Assembly: GCA_020629955.1 (NCBI GenBank)
Contig: JAHDCI010000005.1
Span: 686-64,685 of the forward strand
Direction: 5' to 3'
DNA: 64,000 nt
DNA from: Myxococcota bacterium
GTDB taxonomy: Bacteria; Myxococcota_A; Polyangia; Polyangiales; Houyiibacteriaceae
Shown: one piece after another, positions 28,401-37,062 of the stretch
Numbering within the stretch: the stretch's first letter is position 1
Layout of the letters: each line of letters opens with the position of its first letter
Notes under the pieces: model-generated
Told to the model about the DNA's origin: nothing
Database searches by the model: none
Seen by the model: the letters and a program-made list of their open reading frames with translations, nothing else
Made by a program: the position numbers and the translations under genes

Positions 28401-28745
28401 TCGCATCTCGCGCCCCGACGACCGAACGCGCATGGCCACCGTCATCGGATTTGTGGAATCCGTTCCCAACCGAACTCGCGTTCGGCTCGATTCGAAGTCG
28501 ACCTCGAAACCGTGAGTGGTGTTTTCGCCGTGCACCTGACCGCCGACCACCTCCAGCTCGAAGGCCTCATCGACATTCAACTGGCGCGGCGAGACTAAGC
28601 CGGGCGCAGGATTCGAAACGGAGGCCTCGCCCGGGTTCGCACGAGGTGCTTCGACAGCTTCCTGACAAGCGCTTAACCCGAGCAGTCCTGATAGGATCAG
28701 GAGACGAAGAACGGGCGCTCGGCCGGACAGTGACGGTTTTCGCAT
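25476..28745 (-). CDS. Large surface protein: FG-GAP propeller, Cys-rich repeats and MYXO-CTERM-like tail
   Basis: Repeated FGxSVAxxGDTLVVGA...GAAYVF; CDDGLFCTxDD repeats; GGACGC...hydrophobic...RRRRR C-terminus. Confidence 0.88.
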   Translation of the reverse strand: MRKPSLSGRAPVLRLLILSGLLGLSACQEAVEAPRANPGEASVSNPAPGLVSPRQLNVDEAFELEVVGGQVHGENTTHGFEVDFESSRTRVRLGTDSTNPMTVAMRVRSSGREMRPESLEGIPAQITSRRNRADIHWPNLEEWFLNGPMGLEQGWTLHASPEGEGVLTLELGVEGDLQPVLVGTEVDLLDASGQARLHYGALRAIDSAGRRLSSALAVADGSIVIRVDDEGASYPVMIDPILVRHVDTLAAADRSPGDEFGGTPISTAGGPTVAIDGDVAVVAATFDEARAGAVYVFRNGASGWAQEAKLTRPSGLNPNARFGYSVAVQGDTLVVGAPLPLAERGKAFVYTHSGGAWAERAMLESDTAGDAFGTAVALDGGTIAVGARYSGTGGEAFVFTGGGASWSLQQRLAGADTAVRDDFGSSIALDGDTLVVGSVFHPVATRAGAAYVFTRSGGAWSQRTKLVAGDAASLDLFARSLDLNGNRLVIGAPQNQVSVFGQGAAYVFEGSGSSWTQTQRLTRSSPEVADQFGYSVGTDGDFVVAGARFVERPLMVDAGAIFAFQRVGGTFGEETLHARPSAAAGERFGDSVALSGTTAIASAPFADARAGAVDIVDLCGGCVIEGICVADGSANPANACEVCDADAESGDWTARADASACDDGLFCTTDDACVAGVCTGGARDCSDGLSCTTDSCNDAADRCENPLASGCLIEGTCVAEGASNPANSCEACRGAIATSSWSALPDSTVCDDGLFCTVDDSCRAGSCAGGVRDCGDGLTCTNDTCDESSDRCESSLTTGCLIDGSCVDSLAFNPENNCQACVPEVSDSDYSNLPDATLCSDPSCAAGVLTPASMCAGGACTMGAPIACPGGALCADELECAGGCTDDAMCAAASYCDVEGTGACVADETNGTDCSRNEMCASGLCVDGVCCEGACDGTCVTCALTGSEGTCNPIPAMTDPEDECELSCDGSGACEMPEMDAGVPDGGMDGGISDAGVDASSDASVSDAEVPDAATDDGGVSDDGGTEDGGAEDGGAEDSGAEDSGVDGGEAGASGGACGCATTSPEETIPGAAMFLLALFAGRRRRRSV
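25611..25685. repeat. 15-bp coding tandem repeat (EDGGA/EDSGA)
   Basis: About five GCCACTGTCTTCAGC / GCCACCATCTTCGGC units. Confidence 0.7.
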
Positions 28746-28823
28746 GGCCGAACGTTATCACTTCCCGCTTTGAATAGGAGCGCCAATTGCGAATATTTGT
28801 CAGGGACAATCATCGTCGAATGG

Positions 28824-29315
28824 CTAGCATCCGCTCTCCGCGTTGCGACCACGCCAAATCATCTCGTCATCGAGGCCATCTGTGCTGACAAAGACAAAGC
28901 CGGCGCGCTCGTAGAGTCGACGTGCACGGCTGCCGACCTGTACGCGGAGTTCGATACAGTCGCTTTCGCGTTGCAATGCTCCAAGTACCGCGCGACCAAC
29001 GCCTTGGTTCTGAAACCTCGCCAAAATCGCGAAATCATGAATTCTTACCTTGTGTTTGCTAGACCTGAGACAGAGCAATCCTATTCGCTGATGCTCCAGA
29101 ACAATGACGCGCGTCATCACATCGTCAGCGTCGAGGACGCTTCGGCTCCAGCCAGCCCATTGGGTTTGAAGCAGCTGCGAAAGGACCGGCTCCGGCACCC
29201 CATTTAGGTTAGCCCTTTCGAAAACCAACGATTTTGCCAAGGGCAAATCATTTTCTCCGAAAGAATCAAACGACCATAATGGTGAATCGAACTCTATTTC
29301 ACTTTCCTCCTGCAT
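28824..29315 (-). CDS. GNAT family N-acetyltransferase
   Basis: FQNQGVGRAVL acetyl-CoA motif; ARRLYERAGF. Confidence 0.8.
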   Translation of the reverse strand: MQEESEIEFDSPLWSFDSFGENDLPLAKSLVFERANLNGVPEPVLSQLLQTQWAGWSRSVLDADDVMTRVIVLEHQRIGLLCLRSSKHKVRIHDFAILARFQNQGVGRAVLGALQRESDCIELRVQVGSRARRLYERAGFVFVSTDGLDDEMIWRGRNAESGC

Positions 29316-29416
29316 TCTTTTTTAACTACGAGGTTTCTTTCAAACGTGCAATTGCGATAGCCTCATGGACACAAGCGCTTTCGGATCTAGGTCGAAGTCG
29401 CTGAAAAGGAGATAAA

Positions 29417-29932
29417 ATGTCGGAACCGTTTCTCGGAGAAGTGAGAATTTTTGCGGGCAATTTCGCCCCGCGAGGGTGGGCGTTCTGTCACGGGCAGCTG
29501 CTGCCGATCGCGAGCCACTCCGCGCTCTTTTCGCTCCTTGGAACCATCTACGGCGGTGATGGGCGAACCACATTTGCGCTGCCGGATCTTCGAGGTCGAA
29601 CCCCGATCGGGGTCGGAAGTGGGCCGGGACTGACCCCTCGACGGGAAGGGCAGCGCATGGGGGAGGAGCGCCACACCCTCACCGAGCCAGAACTTCCGGC
29701 TCACGATCATCCGCTCCAGGCGTCGGGAGAGTATCCTTCCACGGACGATCCAGCGAACGCGAGTCTCGCGCGGCAGGAGTTTCGCGGGTACGCGGCCTCG
29801 AACCCGACGACCACCATGCGAAGCGGCTCGGTCGCGAACGCTGGGGGCGGCCAAGCGCACAACAATATGCAGCCCTCGCTCGCGATGAACTACATTATTG
29901 CGCTCGTCGGCCTCTACCCCTCGCGCAGCTGA
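29417..29932 (+). CDS. Phage tail-collar domain protein (microcystin-dependent protein/MdpB-like)
   Basis: MSEPFLGEVRIFAGNFAPRGWAFCHGQLL...LFSLLGTIYGGDGRTTFALPDLRGR; AHNNMQPSLAMNYIIAL; AGGAG RBS. Confidence 0.93.
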   Translation: MSEPFLGEVRIFAGNFAPRGWAFCHGQLLPIASHSALFSLLGTIYGGDGRTTFALPDLRGRTPIGVGSGPGLTPRREGQRMGEERHTLTEPELPAHDHPLQASGEYPSTDDPANASLARQEFRGYAASNPTTTMRSGSVANAGGGQAHNNMQPSLAMNYIIALVGLYPSRS

Positions 29933-29939
29933 GCGCCCG

Positions 29940-30779
29940 ATGGTCGGACGAAGAAATTTTCTAAAGGTCTGTGCTGCGACCAGCGTGGCGACGGCCCTCC
30001 CCGGCTGCCTCTCGGCGGAGGGGCCTGGGGTCAGCGCCGAGAGTCTCCTCTTTACGGCAGACGGCGGCAGAACCGGCTGGACGCACAACGGGATGGGGTA
30101 CGCCCTCTTTTCAAATCAAAACCGCGTCGAAGTCGACGATATGGAGTTCGGAGCATTTGAAATAGGCGCCGACCAGGCGCTTCCAAGCGATGCGCTCGGG
30201 AGCCTGTCTTACCCGGTCGCGGTTGAAAGCGTCGGAGCGAGCTTCGTCGTGCTTGAGCTTCAGAACGCGCGCCTTCAGTTTTTTGACCCTCGCGGTCGAC
30301 CTGAACGGACACTTGGCAGTTACGGCACGGGTGACGCTGAGCTGCGCGCCCCGCGCGACTTGGCGCTCGCGAGCGACGGATCGTTGCTCATCGCAGACTC
30401 GTTGAATCATCGCGTACAGATTCTCTCCCCGGCGGGCGAATTCGTTGGAAGCTTCGGCGAAGGTGTACTGAACGGCGCTCGAAGTCTCGCGGTTGACCAG
30501 AGTGGATACGTTCACGTGGCGTCGTCGGAGCGGGTTGAGATATTCGACTCTCGCGGAAACCACCATGGCTCCTATGCCGAAGGTTCGCCGCGCAGTCTTT
30601 GCGCTCATCCCGATGGATCCATCTGGGTGGCGGATGCAATTGGTTTGTCTCTCACGCAGTACTCGGCGGTGGGCGACATGCGGGAACGCTTTGAGCTAGA
30701 ATCTCCGCCGATGCATATCGCGGTCGCTCTTTCGGGCACGCTTCACGTCAATCTCCAAAGCGGCTCCGCGACGACATAG
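29940..30779 (+). CDS. Tat-exported NHL-repeat beta-propeller lipoprotein
   Basis: GRRNFLK twin-arginine motif, LPGC lipobox, LRAPRDLAL...IADSLNHRVQI NHL repeats. Confidence 0.8.
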   Translation: MVGRRNFLKVCAATSVATALPGCLSAEGPGVSAESLLFTADGGRTGWTHNGMGYALFSNQNRVEVDDMEFGAFEIGADQALPSDALGSLSYPVAVESVGASFVVLELQNARLQFFDPRGRPERTLGSYGTGDAELRAPRDLALASDGSLLIADSLNHRVQILSPAGEFVGSFGEGVLNGARSLAVDQSGYVHVASSERVEIFDSRGNHHGSYAEGSPRSLCAHPDGSIWVADAIGLSLTQYSAVGDMRERFELESPPMHIAVALSGTLHVNLQSGSATT

Positions 30780-30817
30780 CGCGAACTTCAACAGAGTTTC
30801 CGATCAAACCGCTGCGA

Positions 30818-31504
30818 TCAGCGAAACGTTTTCCGAAGGGCGCGAACGAGGGCTGGGTTCATACTCTCTGCCTCAACTTCCTCGACGACTTCCGATTCGC
30901 CGCGGGCGACGAGGACCTGAGCTGCCCGGACCCGAACTTGAAGATCCTGAGTAGGCTGCGTCGCGATATCCGCAATTCGTTCGGTTGAAACCTCATCGAG
31001 TTCGACACCGCGAAAAGCGTCTCCAGAGGCTTCTTGGACCAACGCCGGCGGAACATCCGAGCGGGGGCAAGCGACGTAATCCGCATAGAGTTGCTCGATG
31101 CGCTTCGCATTTTCGACCTGCGGCTCTCCGATCGGAAACGCCTGCGATTCCTGAGCCCACCAAGGTCGATTTCGGAAGCGGACACGCAGCTCTCCCCCAG
31201 GCCGCGCGCCCGTTTTCACGTGCCGACACTCTTCGATATCGTGCCAAGAAAAGAAGCGCCCTAAGTAACGGAAGCCATCCCGTGCTGCGCGAAAGCGCCA
31301 GGTCCCGTGCTGAAGGAAAAAAAGATCGAGCATAAATACGAGCGCGCAAACCAGCCCGAGGATTAGGAAGCTCATCTTGAGCGCGCCCTCATCCAGCATC
31401 CTCGCAATGGCGAAGAAAATCATCGCCGGAACCATAAACACCGGCAGCTTCGTACGAAGGCTTGCTTTGATCACCACGTGATCTTTCCGTCTTCGCTTTA
31501 GCAC
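30818..31504 (-). CDS. Hypothetical membrane protein (2 TM plus soluble domain)
   Basis: Two hydrophobic helices followed by a PH-like segment. Confidence 0.55.
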   Translation of the reverse strand: MLKRRRKDHVVIKASLRTKLPVFMVPAMIFFAIARMLDEGALKMSFLILGLVCALVFMLDLFFLQHGTWRFRAARDGFRYLGRFFSWHDIEECRHVKTGARPGGELRVRFRNRPWWAQESQAFPIGEPQVENAKRIEQLYADYVACPRSDVPPALVQEASGDAFRGVELDEVSTERIADIATQPTQDLQVRVRAAQVLVARGESEVVEEVEAESMNPALVRALRKTFR

Positions 31505-31578
31505 GGCGATGCCCCGCTGGATGTTCTTCTACGGTGCATATTCGCAGAATAACATCGCTCGGCGAGATGTGATGCGCG

Positions 31579-32190
31579 TCAACGGCGGCGGAGCGACCGG
31601 ATGAAGGTTCCAGCGCGCACGAAGAGATCACCAAAGCGTTCGTCGCCCTTCGATCCCCGAAGCGAAACGAGGAAACGTAGCGCCCGCGATGCGATTTCAG
31701 TCATCGCAAGGAGCATCTTCATTCGCTCGATGCTGAAAGGCACCTGTCCTTCCTCGGCGGCGAGTTCAGCCTCTTCGATGCACTGCTCAAGAGCGTTCCG
31801 AGCATCATCGATCAATCCGCGCTCTCGCTGACGGAGGACATCCGTAATCACCGGCCAAACATCAATGGTCGCCTCCCAGCGCGCCGACCGACCTTCGCCC
31901 ACCGCGCGCGCGAGCCCAAGTTCGCTCAACTCGTGAATGGCGGAATGAACGAGAGGCCGGGAGACTCCAAGCGCCTTTGATATCCGGCTCTGAGCGACCG
32001 GCGCTTTACTCAGCGCAAGGAAGCCCCAGACGCGTCCATGAATGTTCCGGAAGCCCCAATATTCGATAAACGCACCGATCGCATCGCAGACGTCTACGAC
32101 GCGCGCCTCCAGAACGTGGCTCCGGGAGTGGCGACTCGAAACATCCGATGGCTGCGACTCGGCGTGACTGGGTTCGGTAGGTTCAGACAT
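31579..32190 (-). CDS. GbsR/MarR-family transcriptional regulator
   Basis: IGAFIEYWGFRNIHGRVWGFLAL...ISKALGVSRPLVHSAIHEL. Confidence 0.8.
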   Translation of the reverse strand: MSEPTEPSHAESQPSDVSSRHSRSHVLEARVVDVCDAIGAFIEYWGFRNIHGRVWGFLALSKAPVAQSRISKALGVSRPLVHSAIHELSELGLARAVGEGRSARWEATIDVWPVITDVLRQRERGLIDDARNALEQCIEEAELAAEEGQVPFSIERMKMLLAMTEIASRALRFLVSLRGSKGDERFGDLFVRAGTFIRSLRRR

Positions 32191-32532
32191 ATCGTCTTGG
32201 TGCGTTAAGAGAGGCATAAATCGAGTTCGGGCGGGAGGAAAGTGCTTTTCGGCAGTCGCTATTCGCGCTTTTTGCTGATTTTCATGGCAAAAGCAGGGGA
32301 TTGAGTACGTGAGTAGAACACTGTTCGAGTCAAAGTGAACAACCGCTTTGCTTCTCGGATGCGCTACCGCTGCTTGGATAGGGTGTGCGACTCTAACCTC
32401 AGCCGCGAAAGATGAACGTCACGATTCTTCATAAAAATACACAGTACATTTTGCAAAACCGGTGCTTTCATGACTTCCAGAGCCACTCCGTAAGATGTGC
32501 AAAACGCTCTTGCATTCAGCCCCTCCCCGCTC

Positions 32533-32553
32533 TAACTGTTAAGAGCACAGTTA
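32533..32553. promoter_or_regulatory. Palindromic operator candidate TAACTGT-N7-ACAGTTA
   Basis: Perfect AT-rich inverted repeat ending 4 nt before the menA ATG. Confidence 0.55.
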
Positions 32554-32557
32554 ACAA

Positions 32558-33511
32558 ATGACTGCCACACCGACAACCTCCGAAACCCCTCTGCACCAAG
32601 GTGCGATGGAGCGCGTGCCTGGAAGCCCTCGGCCTCCGGTCGCCGCGGTTTGGTGGTCGGCGATGCGGCCGAAGACACTCGCGGTTGGCATCGTGCCGGT
32701 CGCGGCCGGTAGCGCGACAGCGGCAGCCAGTGGTCAGTTCTCCGTGTGGGTCGCACTCTCCGCAGCTGTCGCGGCGATTGGTTTCCAGATTGGTTGCAAC
32801 TTCGTAAACGACGCCGCGGACCACGAGACCGGAGCCGATGCTGAAGATCGCCTGGGGCCCGCGCGCGCCGCGGCCGAAGGTTGGCTCACCACCAAGGCGC
32901 TCTGGATCGGCTCATTTGCCGCGTTCGCGATCGCGGGGCTCGCGGGGCTCTATCTCTTGAGCAAAACCGGCTGGCCCCTGCTTGTGATGGGTCTCGCGTC
33001 CCTCGGAGCCGCCATCGCCTACACCGCGGGTCCGAGGCTTGGATACCGTGGATTGGGCGACTTGATGGTCTTTCTCTTCTTCGGCTTTGTTGCCGTTGTC
33101 GGTACCGATTGGGCACATACCGGTGCCATTCGGGCCGAGGCTTTCATCGCGGCCGTCCCTGTCGGCGCGCTCGCGACTGCGGTGCTCGTCGTGAACAATC
33201 TCCGCGACCGTCATAGCGATACGCGAGCGGGAAAGCGAACTCTCGCGGTGCGATTCGGAGAGCGTTTCGCGCGAATGGAGTATGGGGCGCTTCTCGCAGT
33301 TTCCTACGTCTTACCGGCCACGCTCGTCTGCACCGGCACCCTTGGTCTCGGCTGGCTTGCTCCGCTCGTGACGCTTCCACTCGCGTTCGGAACCTGGCGG
33401 GCCTTCTCGAAAGCGGATGGCGCCGCGCTCAATCCTTTGCTCGGCGCGACCGCTCGTCTTGAGGTCGTCTACGTCGCCGCGCTCTGCCTCGGTCTTCTCT
33501 TCGGGAGTTAA
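32558..33511 (+). CDS. menA: 1,4-dihydroxy-2-naphthoate polyprenyltransferase
   Basis: [23 protein letters not shown]...D...[10 protein letters not shown]. Confidence 0.93.
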   Translation: MTATPTTSETPLHQGAMERVPGSPRPPVAAVWWSAMRPKTLAVGIVPVAAGSATAAASGQFSVWVALSAAVAAIGFQIGCNFVNDAADHETGADAEDRLGPARAAAEGWLTTKALWIGSFAAFAIAGLAGLYLLSKTGWPLLVMGLASLGAAIAYTAGPRLGYRGLGDLMVFLFFGFVAVVGTDWAHTGAIRAEAFIAAVPVGALATAVLVVNNLRDRHSDTRAGKRTLAVRFGERFARMEYGALLAVSYVLPATLVCTGTLGLGWLAPLVTLPLAFGTWRAFSKADGAALNPLLGATARLEVVYVAALCLGLLFGS

Positions 33512-33514
33512 GCG

Positions 33515-36004
33515 ATGGAACTCACCTTCTGCAGCTACAACAACGCACTCCAGTGGGCCGATAGTCGCGCAACCTTCACGTCCCGGCGTGGGCTTATTCT
33601 CGAGCTTAGCGATGGCGTGTTTCGAGGCCGCGGAGATTGCGCCCCTCTCTCCGGTTGGAGTCAGGAGACTCTTCGGGACATTGCGCGCGACGCGGGTGCG
33701 CTGACGGTCTCCATGGCAGAGAGCTCGAGTCCCGAAAGCGTCGATGGCATCGGTCCTTGGCTCGATGAACTGGCGGTGCTACTCGGCGCGGCTCTCGCTC
33801 CTTCGCTGCGACACGGGCTCGAACAGGCCGCACTCGAACTCCTCGCCGCGCGCGCTGGAGCAAGCGTCAAGAAGCTTCTGGCCGAGCACTTCGCCGTCGA
33901 CACCGACGCGAGCTTTCCCCGGCACATCGTCGCCAGGGATGCAGAAGATGCAGCGCGCGCCCTTGAGCGAGGCATAAGCACTTTGAAGCTCAAGATTGGG
34001 GACCGCCCCCTCGAGGAAACGTCAAAATGGATCGGCCGGATTCGGGACAGCGCTCCGAACGCGACGCTTCGAGCGGATGCGAACGGGAGCATCCCGCTCT
34101 CGGACGGGCTCGCTTGGCTGCAGATGCTGGATGCGCATCGCATTGATTCGGTGGAAGACCTTGTTCCTGGCGGAGCCTTCGCGCTCAAGCGATTTCGCGG
34201 AGCGACGCGCGTGAAAATCCTGGCGGATCACCCAAGCAAAAATGCCGCGGCCATTGACGAGCTGATCGCGCTCGACGCCGTTGACGGCATTGTGCTCAAG
34301 CCCATGCGCCTAGGAGGTCCGCTGCGGACCATCGAGATCGCCCGGAAGATTCACGCCGCCGGCATGCACTTTCAAATCACGACTCTCCTCGAGTCGTCTC
34401 TTGGGCGAAACGCCGCAGCGCTCGCTTGCGCCGCCGCACCAAAGTCGAGCCAGCTCAGCGCGGGCGTCGACCGAATCGCAGCGAGCTGCGGCCCCGCCAA
34501 TATCGTCGCGGACCAGAGAGTTCAGATGCCCTTCGAAAGCGCCGCGGTTCTCGGAAGTGGCGTCCTCTCCGATTCGGAGCGCGCGCTCTCTTGGGCGCAG
34601 GCGATGAAAGAGATCGAGAAGCGCTCGGGCGGCCTCGCAAAAGCGGGGGTTGTTCGCGGGACACGCATCGCCATCGCACCACCTCTCAGCCTCGAAGGCG
34701 CGTTTCAAATCTACGCCGCGCTTCACCGAGGCGCCGTGCCGGTGTTGGTCGAAAGCGAAACAATGAGCGAGCAACTGGTTCGCCGCGGCACCGCGGACAC
34801 GAGCTGGGCGCGCGCCACCGTCCGCTCCCGCGTCGCAGCAGCTCCAGAGGAAGATGCCGCCGACTACTCACTTCGAGACGAGATAGCGGTTGTCTTTACT
34901 TCGGGGTCGAGTGGCACTCCGAAAGAAGTCGCGCTCAGCATGCGTCAGGTAATGATGAGTGCGCTCGGCTCCGCCGCACGTACAGGACACGATGCGACTT
35001 CACGAATGTGGGGCAGTCTCCCGCTCTATCACGTTGGGGGCCTCTCGCTCTTGTTTCGCGCGCTCTTCTGCGGCGCCTCGTTGCACCTCTCAAGATTCAA
35101 CGCGCGGGCGTTCGCAGACGCGTGCGCCGAAGGGACTCTCTCTCACGCTTCGGTCGTTCCCGTGATGCTTAGCGATATCCTCGAGCAGCTTGGAGAACGG
35201 CCGGTGCATTCGAACGTTCGGGCGCTCCTTTGCGGCGGAGCGAAGCTGCCCGCGGATCTTCACGGACTGGCCATCGCGAAAGGGCTCCCCGTCGCAGAGA
35301 CATGGGGAATGAGTGAGACAGCTTCGCAGATCGCCACCGCCGCCCCGGGCCACACGGGCATGGCGCCACTCTTCCCCGCAAGGGTTATCGCAGGCACTCC
35401 GGCGACCGTTATCGGACCGATGGCACCTCTCGGCGCACATCGTACAAGCGACCGCGTCGTCGAGGTAGACGCAACGAACTCCGAATCTCGCGCCGGTCTC
35501 CGCGTGCTCGGGCGAGTCGACGCGGTAATCATCTCGGGCGGGAAGAATATCTCACCGGAAGAAGTGGAGCGCGCCATGTGCGAGATTCCGGGGATCTCTG
35601 CGGCGCTCGTTGTCGGGATTCCCGACGCTCGATGGGGGCAGCGGCCGTACGCTCTCTTCTGCGGAACGCTGACTCCGGCGGCTCTCGCGGAGGCGCTCGA
35701 GAAGAACCTGCCAAAAGTCCAGATTCCAGACGCCTTCTACTTGGTCGATTCTCTCCCGCGAACCGAGCTCGGGAAGCCGAGCCGGGCCGGCGCTCTTCGG
35801 GAAGTCTTACGCCGCCGCAATGCTCGACCTCGCGGCTCCACTCCGACGGGCACAGCGACTCAAGTTCTGCGCAGACCAAGCACTGCCCACTCCACCCAAC
35901 CCATTTCGCGTGACGTCTCCGTGCCCACGCCCTCGCCCCGCTCGTCCCTCTCTGCGCGCCCCGACGCGCTGTCCCCCTCGTGCTCGAAAGGAGAGCGCTC
36001 ATGA
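33515..36004 (+). CDS. menC-menE: Fused o-succinylbenzoate synthase (MenC) and OSB-CoA ligase (MenE)
   Basis: KLKIG, RADANG and VLKP enolase-family motifs, then FTSGSSGTPK, WGMSETASQ, GRVDAVIISGGKNI and LPRTELGK, all in one ORF. Confidence 0.85.
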   Translation: MELTFCSYNNALQWADSRATFTSRRGLILELSDGVFRGRGDCAPLSGWSQETLRDIARDAGALTVSMAESSSPESVDGIGPWLDELAVLLGAALAPSLRHGLEQAALELLAARAGASVKKLLAEHFAVDTDASFPRHIVARDAEDAARALERGISTLKLKIGDRPLEETSKWIGRIRDSAPNATLRADANGSIPLSDGLAWLQMLDAHRIDSVEDLVPGGAFALKRFRGATRVKILADHPSKNAAAIDELIALDAVDGIVLKPMRLGGPLRTIEIARKIHAAGMHFQITTLLESSLGRNAAALACAAAPKSSQLSAGVDRIAASCGPANIVADQRVQMPFESAAVLGSGVLSDSERALSWAQAMKEIEKRSGGLAKAGVVRGTRIAIAPPLSLEGAFQIYAALHRGAVPVLVESETMSEQLVRRGTADTSWARATVRSRVAAAPEEDAADYSLRDEIAVVFTSGSSGTPKEVALSMRQVMMSALGSAARTGHDATSRMWGSLPLYHVGGLSLLFRALFCGASLHLSRFNARAFADACAEGTLSHASVVPVMLSDILEQLGERPVHSNVRALLCGGAKLPADLHGLAIAKGLPVAETWGMSETASQIATAAPGHTGMAPLFPARVIAGTPATVIGPMAPLGAHRTSDRVVEVDATNSESRAGLRVLGRVDAVIISGGKNISPEEVERAMCEIPGISAALVVGIPDARWGQRPYALFCGTLTPAALAEALEKNLPKVQIPDAFYLVDSLPRTELGKPSRAGALREVLRRRNARPRGSTPTGTATQVLRRPSTAHSTQPISRDVSVPTPSPRSSLSARPDALSPSCSKGERS

Positions 36005-37062
36005 ACCTCAGCGCCCGCGTGTTGACCCCTCCCCCGCGGCCCGGAGTCCTGCAACTTCTCGAAGGCGTGCTTACCCACGCTTCGATGAGCGGCGGAGCAA
36101 GTCGCCTCGCCTTTTTGCGTGCCGACCTTGGCCGTGAGCTCACAGAACTTGATGTCTCGCTAAGCGAGCTTGGAGTGAAAAACGGTTCCCTCGCGGAGCG
36201 AGCGGCGGCGCAGCTGCTTCGTTCCCCGGGGAAGCGTCTTCGGCCGCTCTGTGTTTTTCTCGCGTCGCGCGTGGGAGAGCCGAGTTCGCGCGCTGGCGTT
36301 CAGAAACTAGCGCTGGCCTGCGAGCTCACCCATGCCGCCACGCTGCTTCACGACGACGTCATCGACCAAGCGGACTTACGCCGAGGAGCGCCATCTTCGC
36401 GAGCCGTTTTCGGAAACGCAGCGAGCGTGCTCGGCGGGGACTTTCTGCTCTTGCGAGCGTTGCGTCTTGTGCAGGAGTCCGGCTACTCCGAACTGCTCCC
36501 ATCGCTCCTCGATGCCATCGATGCCATGGTGTACGCAGAGGCTCTTCAGCTTGAGCAGCAACGGACGCGTGAGGTTGACCTCGCGCGGTGTGAAGAGGTT
36601 ATCGCCGGCAAGACCGCGGCGCTCTTTCGGTGGGCTCTTCACGCGGGCGCGACCGCGGGAGGCCTCGAGCCTGGTCTCGCAACCGCGATCGCGGAGGCAG
36701 GCGCCGGCATGGGTCGCGCCTTTCAGCTGGTCGACGACGTCCTCGACCTCAGCGGAAACCCAGAGCAAACCGGCAAGGCGCTCGCGGGTGACCTTATCGA
36801 AGGAAAGATGAGCTACCCAGTCGCCCTCGCCTGCATTCGCGACCCAGAACTAAAATCCGCTCTCGATACCGCACGCGGAGATGCGAATGCCTGCGCCGCA
36901 CTCGTTCCTCGAATCGCGGAAAGCGGCGCGATCGAAGCGACTCAGACCGAAGCCCGCCGCTCGGCTTCCGAAGCACTTCAGGCCCTCGAGGCTCTCCCAG
37001 GCTGCGCAGCAAAGCGGGCCCTAATCTCCATCCCAACCCTCATCGTGGAGCGTGTAAAATGA
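36001..37062 (+). CDS. Polyprenyl diphosphate synthase
   Basis: GKRLRP, LLHDDVID...RRG, GKTA, FQLVDDVLD; ATGA overlap with the upstream gene. Confidence 0.92.
   Translation: MNLSARVLTPPPRPGVLQLLEGVLTHASMSGGASRLAFLRADLGRELTELDVSLSELGVKNGSLAERAAAQLLRSPGKRLRPLCVFLASRVGEPSSRAGVQKLALACELTHAATLLHDDVIDQADLRRGAPSSRAVFGNAASVLGGDFLLLRALRLVQESGYSELLPSLLDAIDAMVYAEALQLEQQRTREVDLARCEEVIAGKTAALFRWALHAGATAGGLEPGLATAIAEAGAGMGRAFQLVDDVLDLSGNPEQTGKALAGDLIEGKMSYPVALACIRDPELKSALDTARGDANACAALVPRIAESGAIEATQTEARRSASEALQALEALPGCAAKRALISIPTLIVERVK

Noticed and set aside
29417-29932. Prophage or contractile injection system
   Set aside because: No capsid, terminase, sheath, tube, baseplate or integrase genes are present in the window.
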